Source: an uncultured Planctomycetaceae bacterium (GTDB lineage: Bacteria; Planctomycetota; Planctomycetia; Isosphaerales; Isosphaeraceae). Taken from it: 64,000 bases of DNA. This document shows, in pieces, positions 9,397 to 19,825 of the stretch. Position 1 is the first letter of the stretch. Each line of letters starts with the position of its first letter. The stretch is from the NCBI GenBank assembly GCA_963833985.1, contig CAWIAD010000002.1:5472001-5536000 (forward strand), read 5' to 3'. Made by a program: the position numbers and the translations under genes. The notes below the pieces were generated by a model, which did not search any database, had not been told where the DNA came from, and saw nothing but the letters and a program-made list of their open reading frames with translations.

Positions 9397-12243
9397 TCAG
9401 CCTGCGCCACGCGTACGAGGCCGGTTACCGGGCCCGACCTGGTCGGCACGGGCACCCACATGGCCGGGTTGCACGCTCTCGATGGCGTAGTCGCCAGGCT
9501 CCAGGCCTTCGGGGTGCGCGTCCACCGCGCCCCAGAAGGTGATCTTGCCGCTCGACGGCTCCTCCTCGCGGGCCTGTCGCAGCCAGGCGTCGCGATCAAC
9601 GGCTGCCGTGGCGGCCCCGGGCGCTGGCTTGCCCAGCGCAAGCCACCACCTGGCGGGCGCAACGTCCAGCCGGTTTCCTTTTCCGCTCCATTGCAGTGCC
9701 TGAAGCCACCTTTCGGAGGCGGGCGCATCGCAGCCGATGAGCATGCTGGTGCGGACCGCGCAGCCGGTGGCTTCGATCTGGAGCGGAGTCTGCGGGGTGA
9801 ATCCGGCAAGCTGGATCAGGCCGGAGCCGGCAATGGTGCAATGGTCGAGCACCAGCTTGCGCAGCAGGCCGCTGGAGCGGCCGCTCATGTACTGGAGCCG
9901 CAGCGCCCAGTCAGCCGTGGCAGGGGAAAGCCCATCGGGCAGCGGCGCGGCTGGCAGCCAGTCCTGGCCTCTCCCCGCAGCACCGGGCACGATCATCGTC
10001 TGCCGGATCACGGTCGTCGCGCCGCCGATCGTATGAATCTCCAGGGCTGTGTGATAGCCCTTGAACCAGCAATACTCCACGGTCAGGTTGCCGCCCTCGG
10101 TGACCACTGCGCAACTCTCGTTCACCTCTGCCTGGTTCGCGACCTCGAAGGCACAATGGCGCAACTGGGCCGGCCCACCCGCCAGCAGCAGGACCGGACA
10201 GGCGGCAGCCTCGGAGCTGCCCGCGGCAGCCGGTTCACGGTAATTGACCCGGAATGTCAGTCCCTCCAGCGTCAGATGAATGCTCGGGCTGACGGCCAGG
10301 AACGGGTTCTTGCCATTGAGCTCCACGGCGAGCACCGGGTTGACGCCGGGCGCGGCCCGAACCTTGACGTATCCGGAGCCCGACAGGCTGATCGCCGGAG
10401 ATTTCGCCGGCATCACCAGGGGCTCGCGGTTATGGAGGATCACCGAGCCATCCGAGCCCAGGGCTTTTTCCAGGGCCTCGTACAGATCCTTGGCGGGGGT
10501 TTCCTCGCGCTCGCCCACGAGCACGGTGATCGCGTGCTCGACCTTCGTGCCGCCATGCTCGGCTGGCCTGGCCGACTCGCGGTCGGATCGGGGAGCCGTG
10601 GCTTGCTTGAGGGCGGTTGTGGCATTCTGGTCCGCGGCCCGCCCGGAATTCCGGTTGCCACCGAGCCATCGCGCCAGGGCAAAGCCGGCCGCCAGCAAGG
10701 CCAGGACACCGACCAGGGCCGCGACTCTCCAGTACCAGGAACCGGTGAGCCGCGCCAGGACATTCCGCAGCAGGCCCGTGGCCTGGTGGTCCGTCCCGCC
10801 CGGCCAGATCGTACCGCTCTGGGAAAGGGGCTTTTCCAGGCCGAACCACGAGCGATGCCGCGACAACGAGTCCGTGAGCGAGGGCTCGGGGCCCAGGTCC
10901 AGGATCAAGGGTACGTCCTCGGCGCTGCCCGGCTCGGGCTCGCCATGTGGGGTCAGTATCGGCGGAGCGGCGACCGCGGGGCCGCCGGCGGCTCGCTCCG
11001 ACGATGGAGCAACCGAGACCGGGTCCCTTCCCATTCGCGCACTTGCCGCAAGGTTCCCCGAGCCGGCTGCGAGATGGGAAGGGATGTGCACCACGGGCGC
11101 CCCGGGTTGGGCAGGGATACCCTCCACGGCTTGCTGCAATACGGCAGGCAGTTCCGCCGCCTCGTCCGGCAGCAGGGGCAAGGGCTCGGGGTCGGGCTCG
11201 CCGTTGCGAGCCCTGATCGGGTTGTCCAGGAAGGGCTCGAGCGCCTGGGCGACGTGCAGCGGTGTGGCATAGCGGTCCTGCGGTTGCTTCCTCATCATCG
11301 TCTGGACGACGCCCATGAACTCCGGAGGCATGTCCGGAACGAGCTGATCCAGCGGAGTCGGCTCCAGGGCCTGGTGCGCGAACAGCTTTTCCGGCAGGCT
11401 CGGGCTGGGAAAAGGGACCTGCCCGGTCACCATGTGGTAGAGCGTGCAACCCAGGGAGTAGATATCGCTGCGGATGTCGGCCGAGTGCGAGTGCCGGGCC
11501 TGTTCGGGGGCCACGTAATCGAAGGTCCCCACCGTGGCGCCCTCGCGGGTCACGCGCTCGTCGTCGGCCAGGTCGATCGCCAGACCGAGATCGGCCAGCT
11601 TGGCGATTCCGTCATGGGTCACCAGGATGTTGTACGGGTTGACGTCGCGGTGGATCAGCCCCTTGCGGTGAGCGTGCTCCAGTCCCAGGGTAATCTGCCA
11701 GGCGAGCCGGGCGGCCGTGGCGATGGGCATGGGTCCCTGCGCGGTGAGCAGGGCGCCGATGGTCTTGCCCTCGATGTACTCCATGACCAGGAAGAAGCGG
11801 CCGTTGGCCTGGCCGAAATCGTAGATCCGGACCAGGTTTTCATGCTGGAGCTGGGCACCGACGCGTGCCTCGCGCTTGAACCGCTCCACGGCCCGCGCGT
11901 TGTTCATCCGCTCGGGCGCCAGGATCTTCAAGGCCACCAGCCGGTTCAGCCGCGTATCGCGGGCCAGGTACACCCGTCCCATGCCCCCCTGGCCGATCAG
12001 TTCCAGTAGCAGGTAGCGATCGACCTGGAACCCGCTGGTGCGCCCGGCCAGAAGCTGCTGGGCCTGCCACAGGGTCAAGAAGTTCTGCTGCACGGCCTGG
12101 CGTGCCAGACGGCGGTCGAGGTGCTCGATGGCGTCGCGCTTCTCGAGTGGAATCGCGCTCCAGCACGCGGTCAAGCTCTCAACATCGAGCAGTCCGCTCT
12201 GCCGGGCGGCCATCCAGAATCGTGATGTCTGTGGCTCAGCCAT
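9397..12243 (-). CDS. Hanks-type Ser/Thr kinase with TM and extracytoplasmic beta-helix-like domain
   Basis: GQGGMGRV, HRDVNPYN, DLG, YVAPEQ; one TM; C-terminal L..C.F repeats (LRHCAF, VEYCWF, LDHCTI). Confidence 0.9.
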   Translation of the reverse strand: MAEPQTSRFWMAARQSGLLDVESLTACWSAIPLEKRDAIEHLDRRLARQAVQQNFLTLWQAQQLLAGRTSGFQVDRYLLLELIGQGGMGRVYLARDTRLNRLVALKILAPERMNNARAVERFKREARVGAQLQHENLVRIYDFGQANGRFFLVMEYIEGKTIGALLTAQGPMPIATAARLAWQITLGLEHAHRKGLIHRDVNPYNILVTHDGIAKLADLGLAIDLADDERVTREGATVGTFDYVAPEQARHSHSADIRSDIYSLGCTLYHMVTGQVPFPSPSLPEKLFAHQALEPTPLDQLVPDMPPEFMGVVQTMMRKQPQDRYATPLHVAQALEPFLDNPIRARNGEPDPEPLPLLPDEAAELPAVLQQAVEGIPAQPGAPVVHIPSHLAAGSGNLAASARMGRDPVSVAPSSERAAGGPAVAAPPILTPHGEPEPGSAEDVPLILDLGPEPSLTDSLSRHRSWFGLEKPLSQSGTIWPGGTDHQATGLLRNVLARLTGSWYWRVAALVGVLALLAAGFALARWLGGNRNSGRAADQNATTALKQATAPRSDRESARPAEHGGTKVEHAITVLVGEREETPAKDLYEALEKALGSDGSVILHNREPLVMPAKSPAISLSGSGYVKVRAAPGVNPVLAVELNGKNPFLAVSPSIHLTLEGLTFRVNYREPAAAGSSEAAACPVLLLAGGPAQLRHCAFEVANQAEVNESCAVVTEGGNLTVEYCWFKGYHTALEIHTIGGATTVIRQTMIVPGAAGRGQDWLPAAPLPDGLSPATADWALRLQYMSGRSSGLLRKLVLDHCTIAGSGLIQLAGFTPQTPLQIEATGCAVRTSMLIGCDAPASERWLQALQWSGKGNRLDVAPARWWLALGKPAPGAATAAVDRDAWLRQAREEEPSSGKITFWGAVDAHPEGLEPGDYAIESVQPGHVGARADQVGPGNRPRTRGAG

Positions 12244-12668
12244 GAAGAGTCCAGGAACCGCCCGCACCATGCTCGGGCCACACGGAAGATGTGACCATTT
12301 CGCCGCTCAATGTAACATCTTACGTCAACCCCCTCAATAAACCCCCCGGCGCCGGAGCGGAAGCCCATCACGGGACAGCCGTCGGGACATTTTCAGAGAT
12401 CAAGACCACTGGCAGTGCATCCCGCCAGCTCTCCGCGAGCTGCCGCAAGATGATGTCACGCTGGTGGCAATCCCGGATGGGTGTGAACCGCTTGAGGGCT
12501 GGCCCAGGCCCCCGTGCCGTCATTGTGGGGAGTGCAACCATGACCAGTTCGCCTTGCTGTCGTTATATTATTGTCCGAGCAGGCAGGATGCGCGCAGACT
12601 CCCGTCCCCAATCCATTCGTCCGGCATTGTTTCCGTGTACCTGTCGACTCCTTCTGGAGATGTCCGCG

Positions 12669-14050
12669 ATGATCTCGGTATCGTGCTCTTGCGGCAGGAA
12701 GTTCAAGGCGGACGACCATCATGCGGGCAAGCGCACGAAGTGTCCGGTCTGCGGCAACGTCCTGACAATCGGTCCGGCCCCGGTCACACCCGCATCGGGC
12801 GAGTATGACAACGGCCAGGTGCCTTCCTGGTGGTTTCCCGCGGAGAACCCCGCGCGTTCCCCCACGCAGCAACCCCCGCGGCCGCCCGCCGCACAGCCCC
12901 GCAGTGGCAGCAACCCGGACGACATCCAGACGGCTGTGATTGCCGCAACATCAGGTCAGTCGGCTTCCACATCGGGAAGTGAGGACAGGATCGGTACCTC
13001 GTCCACCCCGTTTCCGGTGTTCGGCGTGGGGAACCTGAAGCTCGTGCTGGGTCTGATGGCTGGCACTCTCCTGCTCTGCCTGATCGGGCTGGGGCTTGTG
13101 ATCTGGCTGCAAACCACCGCCCAGCGAGGGCCCGCCGCGGCACCGGGACAGCCTCTGCCCGCGGCCAACCAGGCCGGCAACGGCCAGCCGGACGCCGATT
13201 CCAGACCACCGCGGCCAGGGGACCAGACCCCCGGGCCCGTCACCGACACCATTCCCGCAACGGCATCCCAGGCCACCGTTCCCCATGAGCTCACGGCGGT
13301 AACCAGCGTGCGGAACCGGCCAGCCGTGGCGGCAGCGGCATCGGTGCCGGCGTTGCGACTGATCGTCCCCGCCTACTTCTACCCCGCGGGACCGGGGCTC
13401 ATCGCATGGCAGCGCGTCATCGAGGCTGGTCCCCGCATCAATATCGTCGCGATCGCGAATCCCAACACAGGTCCTGGCAAAGAACGCAATAATGATTACT
13501 CACTGATATTTCAGGCGGCCAGGGAAAAAGGGATCGCGGTCGTCGGCTATGTCAGCACCGACTACGCGAAACGGATGCTTCCCGACGTCAAGGCCGAGAT
13601 CAACCGCTGGGTGGAGTTCTACCCGCAGATCCAGGGCTTCTTCTTCGATCAGCAGTCCACCAGTCCGAGCCAGCTGTCCTTCTACATGGCCGTGCGCGAT
13701 CACGCCCGCAGCAAGATCAAGGATGCCCTGGTGATCGACAACCCCGGAACCGTCTGCGACCCGTCGTACTTCTCCGAGCGGGCTGCGGACGTCACCTGCA
13801 TCTTCGCCAGCTATGAGGGCTTTGGCCAGTTCAGCCCGCCCGCGTCGCTCTGGCAGTTCGAACCGGCACGATTTGCTGCCTTGTGCTACCAGATCCCCGA
13901 TGCCGCGGCCATGCGGCAGATCGTCCATGAAGCAATGCTCAAGCACATCGGCTACCTGTATATCTCCGACGCACCCCGGGGAAGCAATCCCTGGCGCAGC
14001 TTCCGGCATACTGGGAAGACGAGGTGCACGCCGCCGCCGAGGCGAAGTAG
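12669..14050 (+). CDS. Zn-ribbon + TM + spherulation-specific family 4 (GH135/Sph3-like) domain protein (frameshift ~13995)
   Basis: CSCG...CPVCG; TM; LIVPAYFYP, IANPNTGPG, GFFFDQ, DNPGT; corrected end NPWAQLPAYWEDEV...AK* at 14050. Confidence 0.8.
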
Positions 14051-14284
14051 CCCGGACGGTCCGCGCGATGCTCCCCGTGTGATTCTTTTCGGGCATGGAG
14101 TGTTGCTTGCTTGCCACGTTCAACGCTTGCAGGCAGCGTCCCAGTCACTCACGAGATGCCAAGGCGTTTAACTGGTGCGGATCACAGAAACGCAGCAAGC
14201 AAATCGACCCGTCTGTCGCACCAGGGCTATTCAGCTCGCCAGGTCTCTGGACGCACGGGTTCCTGACCGGAGGTACGTCCTTCG

Positions 14285-14533
14285 ATGGCAAGGTCTCGCT
14301 GGATTCTTCCCAGTCCCGATGCGGCCTGCGGCAAGGTCTTTCACGCCGATCGCCTGAGCGCGGAGGGGTATCGGATCGGACTGGAGGTCTGGAACCGCGC
14401 CACTGGCCGTGAGCGGGCTGATTATCGTCTTGTCACATTCCGCTGCCGGCGTTGCGGGGGCTTTCATGTCGTCCGGAGAAAGAACAGGCCCAACGTGGTG
14501 CAAACACCTCTCGCGCTCGCCGTCACGGCTTGA
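14285..14533 (+). CDS. Small putative Zn-binding protein
   Basis: GGAGG about 11 nt upstream; CGK...FRCRRCGGFH. Confidence 0.55.
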   Translation: MARSRWILPSPDAACGKVFHADRLSAEGYRIGLEVWNRATGRERADYRLVTFRCRRCGGFHVVRRKNRPNVVQTPLALAVTA

Positions 14534-14637
14534 CCGGCGAGCGTTCAACGCTGGAACGCCGGTGCCGGCTCCGGGCCTTACGGCCTGGGACGGCACCGGC
14601 GTCCAGGTTGACTGCCAGGTGCGATTGCGGCTCAGGT

Positions 14638-15945
14638 TCAGCACCGATCCGGTGGGGAACGCGGTTGATAGCCGCGGTGGGCCCTGGATGAGCGGCCCGC
14701 GTTCTGCCAGGCCCTGGGCTGCACCCGGCGGCAAGCTGCCGCGCGGCCCAGCCTGGCAAGATCGCGACGCGCTGATCCGGCTCGCACGTTCTGCGGCCGT
14801 GATGGTGCACTCGGCCGGACGCCAGGGCCAGGAACGGTGCAGACGATGGATCGCGGTCTGAGCCGCGGTACATCGGCATGCCGCGCCGAACCCGGAACCA
14901 ACCCGGTACCCGCCTCCGGTTCCGCGGCCATGCGCGAAGGGCATGGCGAGCCTGACCAGCCGCGTTCGCCCGGGTCCTGCGTGGAAGCCTGAAGCGGATC
15001 CGTGCCGAAGGTAGAGGGTGCGATACCGTACTCTTCAGCGACCGGTTCCGGGACGATCCCCTCGGCGGCAGAGTCGCCGCGCTCGGGAGTCATCGCCGGG
15101 GCGACCAGAGCGGCTGGCTCCGGCCATTCCCCGCTGGCTTGCGGGTCGAAGGCGGTCATCGAGGAGTCGGGTTCCGTTTCCGGTTCCCGGACCTCGGCCG
15201 TCTCCGGCGTGGCGGCAGGACGTTCGGGCTCGTCAGCGAGTTCTGGCTCGCGCAGGTCCTCCGGCAGTGGTGCGAGAACCTCGGATGGGGGGACCGCCGC
15301 TGGACCGGGTTCGTCAGCCGGACCCGGTAATGAGCCGTCCGCCTCGGTCAATGCCGGGAGGGCATCGAACGGGGCATGAGGCTCTGGTCCGGAAGAAAGC
15401 TCCTGGCCATGGCTATCCGCACGAACGAACTTGCCCGGGCCGACACGGATCCAGGCCGCCGTGGTGGGAGCCGCGGCCGGCTCTGGTCCCGCTCTGCCCC
15501 CTTTTCGAGATCCACCGCGAGAGCGGCGGCGCTTCGGGGGTTCGACGCCCGGAAGGGGCTCACCCGGGCTGGGAGCCTGAAAGGAACCGTCCCTGGCCCC
15601 GGTGCTCGGTGCCGGTGCGTCCGCGCTGGGATGCGTGAGGCGGTTCGCCTCTGGCACCTGATGCGCCGCGCCGTCATCCGCCGGAAAGGCCGGAGCCGGT
15701 TCGTGCAAGCCCTGAGCCCGGGGAACGACAAAGATCAGGACCATCGTGGTCACGTAGATCGGAACCATCCAGACCGAGATCGAGGCGACCGCCCAGCTCG
15801 TCAGGCCCATCAGCACAGCGAGCGCCACGAGTGCCACGGTGTAGGCAGGCTCTTGCCGGCGGGTGCCGGAATCGGCCGGCCGGACCGGATCGTGGCGGTG
15901 CACGCTGGACGCTGGACGCTGCCGGGATGTGCTTGACGACCGCAT
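14638..15945 (-). CDS. Hypothetical membrane-anchored Pro/Glu-rich protein
   Basis: Long ORF, two N-terminal TM segments, low-complexity body; start uncertain. Confidence 0.6.
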   Translation of the reverse strand: MRSSSTSRQRPASSVHRHDPVRPADSGTRRQEPAYTVALVALAVLMGLTSWAVASISVWMVPIYVTTMVLIFVVPRAQGLHEPAPAFPADDGAAHQVPEANRLTHPSADAPAPSTGARDGSFQAPSPGEPLPGVEPPKRRRSRGGSRKGGRAGPEPAAAPTTAAWIRVGPGKFVRADSHGQELSSGPEPHAPFDALPALTEADGSLPGPADEPGPAAVPPSEVLAPLPEDLREPELADEPERPAATPETAEVREPETEPDSSMTAFDPQASGEWPEPAALVAPAMTPERGDSAAEGIVPEPVAEEYGIAPSTFGTDPLQASTQDPGERGWSGSPCPSRMAAEPEAGTGLVPGSARHADVPRLRPRSIVCTVPGPGVRPSAPSRPQNVRAGSARRDLARLGRAAACRRVQPRAWQNAGRSSRAHRGYQPRSPPDRC

Positions 15946-16300
15946 CGTGTGAGTGCTCGACGTCGGGCTCAAGGAGGTTCCATCCTGCTTGACACGCGTT
16001 GAACCGGCGCGACCGATCGAGTCTTCCAGCTTTTCGCCATCCAACTCTTCGGAGCGGCCGGTGATCTTGTCCCAATCCGTGCCAGGGGAGAGCACCGCCG
16101 CCGTGGGCGACGGCTCCCTTCCCTCCCAGCTCTATCGACCAGCGAGCCGGGCAAACTCATGCCTTTGACACCGGGCAAACACACCATGAACTGCCAGTTG
16201 CAGCCGGTATCATATTTGCGTTGAGAGTGCCTCTGGCGCAGGCGCAGGCAACCGTTCCGGGAACGGCAACCTTGCGGCTTTTGCCAGTTGGGACCAGACC

Positions 16301-17248
16301 ATGATCGCGACCCGGAGCAAAAGACGCCTGCTGTCGGCAATGCACCTCGGCGGCCTCACTTTTCGCGAGGCCAGCGTGAGAACCTGGAACAAGTTCAACG
16401 AGCACGAGATCCTCACGCGTGCCGCGGCCATCTCGTTTTACGCACTTGCGGCGCTGGTTCCGTTCCTGGCGCTGGTGATCACCCTCAGCGCCTGGTTCCT
16501 GCCGCGCATCGCCTGGGTGCTTCCCTGGGTCAATCAAGGCGCCGACGATCCGCAAGGGGCGGCCGCCAACGCGATGACCCTGTTGCAGGACTTGCTCCCC
16601 TCCGACGCGGCATCCGTGCTGGGCCGGGAGCTGGAGACCCTCCAGAAGAGGCCGCCGACCGGGCTGGTCTCCTTCGGCCTGGCCGCCCTGCTCTGGCTCT
16701 CTTCCAGCCTGTTCGTCGCGGTCATGGACACGATGAACCGGATCATGGGCGTCACGGAGACACGGCCCTTCTGGCGGGTCCGGCTCGCCGCCATGCTGAT
16801 GACGCTCATCCAGGCGGGCATCCTGATCATCGCGTTCGTGACGACCTTGCTCTGGCCCCAGATCGTGCACTGGCTGGGGCTGAGCCAGCCGGCGGCCGTG
16901 CTGGCCACGATCGTTCAGGGCCTGACGGTCTTCATCATCATCCTGCTGAGCTTCGCGCTGGCGATGTATTTCGGGCCGGACGCCGACCAGAGCTGGGAGT
17001 GGATCACGCCTGGCAGCCTGATCGGTACGCTCGTCCTCCTGTGCGTGAGCCTGCTCTTCCGCTTCTACGTCCAGACCTGGGCCAACTACAGTGCGACCTA
17101 CGGTTCGCTCGCCGGCGTCGTGATCCTCATGAGCTGGCTCTGGGTCTGCTGCATCGGTCTGCTCACGGCGGCCGAATTCAACAAGGTGATCGAGGACGCG
17201 TCGCCGCTGGGCAAGGCGTACGGTCAGAGGCGTGAGCGTCAACCTTGA
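16301..17248 (+). CDS. YihY/BrkB family membrane protein
   Basis: AAAISFYA...PFL, TPGS, YSATYGSLAGVVILMSWLW, AEFN. Confidence 0.92.
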   Translation: MIATRSKRRLLSAMHLGGLTFREASVRTWNKFNEHEILTRAAAISFYALAALVPFLALVITLSAWFLPRIAWVLPWVNQGADDPQGAAANAMTLLQDLLPSDAASVLGRELETLQKRPPTGLVSFGLAALLWLSSSLFVAVMDTMNRIMGVTETRPFWRVRLAAMLMTLIQAGILIIAFVTTLLWPQIVHWLGLSQPAAVLATIVQGLTVFIIILLSFALAMYFGPDADQSWEWITPGSLIGTLVLLCVSLLFRFYVQTWANYSATYGSLAGVVILMSWLWVCCIGLLTAAEFNKVIEDASPLGKAYGQRRERQP

Positions 17249-18201
17249 GGCCGGTGCGGCCTGGACTTCTCCAGTAGTGCTGCGGCGCCCTGCTCCCGCA
17301 GCGCCTGGGCGACACGCCGGCCCAGCTCGTCGGGCCGGTCAAGCGGGCCGGCCAGCGCGGCGCTCAGGCACGAGCGTCCGTCCGGGTCGAACACGGCGGC
17401 GTCCAGGGCGAGCGTGGCCGATCCGCCGCCAGTAGCCGGCACGTCACGGCCCCAGGCGGCCATGGGAACCAGGCAGCCGCCCTCCAGCTCGGCCAGTGCG
17501 GTGCGCTCGGCCATCACGGCTCGGTTCGTGGGTGCATCATCGAGGGCCCGCAGCAGCGACCTCGTTGCTTCATCATCGCCGCGGCACTCCAGTCCCAGCG
17601 CCCCCTGCCCCACGGCGGGCAGGAACCTGGGGGGAGCGAGCCGCTCGGTGATGTGCTCTTCCAGCCCGAGACGATGCATTCCCGCGCAGGCCAGGACCAC
17701 CGCGTCGAGCGATCCCTCGAGCGCCTGCCTGAGCCGGGTTTCCACGTTGCCCCGCACACTGACCACGTGCAGGTCGGGCCTGAGGTGCAGCAACTGGGCG
17801 CGGCGGCGCAGCGAGCTGGTACCGATGCGCATCCCGGCGGGGAGGGCCTCCAGCGTGCATGCCAGGGGGGCGATGAGGGCATCGGCCAGGTCCTCGCGCG
17901 GGGGCGTGGCGGCCAGGACCAGGCCGTCCGGAGTGCGTGTGGGAAGGTCCTTGAGGCTGTGCACCGCCAGGTCGACCAGGCCCTCAAGGACCGCGCGCTG
18001 GATCTCCTTGGTGAACACGCCCGTGCCGCCGATGGCGGCCAGCGGCGAGCTGCGGTCGCGGTCTCCCTGCGTGCGGATCTCCACGATTGCCACTTCCAGC
18101 CCGGGATGGAGCACGCGCAGCCGGTCCGCCACCCACTCGGCTTGCCAGCGAGCCAGGCGGCTGCCCCGTGTGCCAATCCGCAAGGTTGAGTGTTCGCCCA
18201 T
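17239..18201 (-). CDS. hemC: Hydroxymethylbilane synthase (porphobilinogen deaminase)
   Basis: IGTRGSRLARWQA, AVHSLKD, GTSSLRR, RGNVETR, GGC. Confidence 0.97.
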   Translation of the reverse strand: MGEHSTLRIGTRGSRLARWQAEWVADRLRVLHPGLEVAIVEIRTQGDRDRSSPLAAIGGTGVFTKEIQRAVLEGLVDLAVHSLKDLPTRTPDGLVLAATPPREDLADALIAPLACTLEALPAGMRIGTSSLRRRAQLLHLRPDLHVVSVRGNVETRLRQALEGSLDAVVLACAGMHRLGLEEHITERLAPPRFLPAVGQGALGLECRGDDEATRSLLRALDDAPTNRAVMAERTALAELEGGCLVPMAAWGRDVPATGGGSATLALDAAVFDPDGRSCLSAALAGPLDRPDELGRRVAQALREQGAAALLEKSRPHRPQG

Positions 18202-18256
18202 CAGGCTCTTGCCTTCCAGTGCAAAGCGGTGCGGTGCGGTGGAGCGGGAAAACGGT

Positions 18257-19048
18257 TCAGGGCGTTCGTGCCACGACGGTCACGACAACTTGCCCGGCAC
18301 CGCCCTGCTTGAGCGTGCGCGCCGCTGCGCCGCAGGTGGCGCCCGTCGTCAAGATATCGTCCACCAGGATGACGGTCCGGCCAGCCAGACCCGCACGGTC
18401 GCGTATGCGAAAGGCGCGGCTCATGGCGGCCATGCGCTCTTCCGCGCTCAAATGCGCCAGGTGATCAGTGGCCCTGATGCGGCGCAATGGCTGGTGGACG
18501 CAGAGACCGAGCCGGGCCGCCAGCCCACCGGCCAGTCCTTCCGCCTGATTGTAACCGCGGCTCATGCGCCGCCACCAGTGAAGCGGCACCGGGACGATCC
18601 AGGCATCGCCGGGCAAACGCGCCAGCTCCGCGTGCCAGGCCTCGGCCAGCAGGCGGCCCAACCAGGGCGCCAGCCAGGCGTTGCGATCTGCCTTGAGTTT
18701 CAGACAGAGACCGCGCAGCACGCTCGCGTAGGCCCCCAGCGCGAACGCGGCGTCAAAACCTGGGGGCTGGCTCAGGCAGCGGACGCAGCCCTTCCACGTG
18801 GCATCGCCCGCACCGGCAATGGGTAATGCACAGCGCGGGCAGGCCAGCGCGGCCGCCTTTGCCGCGGAGGCAAGCAGCCAGGCCCGGCATGTCGGGCAAA
18901 AGGGAGCCTGCTGCGAGTCTTCCTCCCTGCCGCAAAGCAGGCACTTCCAGGGAAACACCAGGTCGGTCCAGGCCCGCCCGCAACGGCCAAGGCCCTGAAG
19001 TACGAGTTGCCGGATCGCAACGGGAGGCGGAGGAGCCAAGGCGTTCAT
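18257..19048 (-). CDS. comF: ComF family protein (Zn ribbon + phosphoribosyltransferase)
   Basis: CLLC/CPTC/CPRC, VPVPLHW..RGYNQA, LVDDILTTGAT. Confidence 0.9.
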   Translation of the reverse strand: MNALAPPPPVAIRQLVLQGLGRCGRAWTDLVFPWKCLLCGREEDSQQAPFCPTCRAWLLASAAKAAALACPRCALPIAGAGDATWKGCVRCLSQPPGFDAAFALGAYASVLRGLCLKLKADRNAWLAPWLGRLLAEAWHAELARLPGDAWIVPVPLHWWRRMSRGYNQAEGLAGGLAARLGLCVHQPLRRIRATDHLAHLSAEERMAAMSRAFRIRDRAGLAGRTVILVDDILTTGATCGAAARTLKQGGAGQVVVTVVARTP

Positions 19049-19104
19049 CTCGCGTGGCCAGCAGCCACCAATGCCGGAACTGGATCCTGGTGTGTCTCGA
19101 CGAA

Positions 19105-19758
19105 TCAGGTCGCCCCTTTTTCCTTTCCCCGCACACCGCTGGCGAGGTACGGGCCAAGCTGCTCGCGCAGCTCGTTGCGGGCTCGGGCGAGCAGCGACTT
19201 GACGGCCGTCGGCGAGCGGCTCATCACCTCGCCAATCTCGGCATAGCTCATGTCCTCGAACTTGTTCAGCAGCACGGCCATCCGCTGGTCCTCGCCGAGC
19301 ACTCGCAGGGCCTCGCGCACGACCTCCGAAAGTTCAATCTGGCGGACCTGCGACGAGGCGCTGGCCTCCCGCGAGGGGATCTGCTGGGCCAGCGGCAGGG
19401 CAGACTGCGAATCCGCCGCAACGCCGCTCATCGGCACCGACGGGTTGCGTCCTTTTGACCGGAGGTGATTGAGGGCCAGGTTGTTGGCGATGGTGAAGAG
19501 CCATGTGGAGAACTTGGCGCGCGGGCGGTAACCTTTGCGAGCCTTGTAGATGCGCAGGAATACGTCCTGGCTCAGGTCTTCGGCTTCCTCGAGGTTCCCC
19601 ACCAGATGGTAGAGAATCCCCACAAGCCGGTCCTGGTAGTGCTCCACCAGAACTTCGAAGGCGCCGGGAGTGTCGTCACGCACCTGAAGCATGAGCCGGA
19701 CGTCCGGGTCTTTCGCCTCCAGTTGACGTCCCAGGATGTCCAGCTCGCCACGGCTCAC
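19105..19758 (-). CDS. ECF RNA polymerase sigma factor (SigE/SigW-like)
   Basis: EAEDLSQDVF, FSTWLFTIANN, MSYAEIGEVM...VKSLLARAR; GGAGG before GTG at 19758. Confidence 0.92.
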   Translation of the reverse strand: MSRGELDILGRQLEAKDPDVRLMLQVRDDTPGAFEVLVEHYQDRLVGILYHLVGNLEEAEDLSQDVFLRIYKARKGYRPRAKFSTWLFTIANNLALNHLRSKGRNPSVPMSGVAADSQSALPLAQQIPSREASASSQVRQIELSEVVREALRVLGEDQRMAVLLNKFEDMSYAEIGEVMSRSPTAVKSLLARARNELREQLGPYLASGVRGKEKGAT

Positions 19759-19825
19759 GAACAGGTCCTCCAGCAATGGGCCACGCGGCCACGCGGTGAG
19801 ATCAAGCCCTGGAGACGCGGCTCCC

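Noticed and set aside
9460..12009. 849-aa plus-strand ORF and similar long antisense ORFs (e.g. 1766..3256, 33436..35127, 46506..48155, 52973..54382)
   Set aside because: Shadow ORFs opposite well-supported genes, expected in high-GC DNA; no motifs
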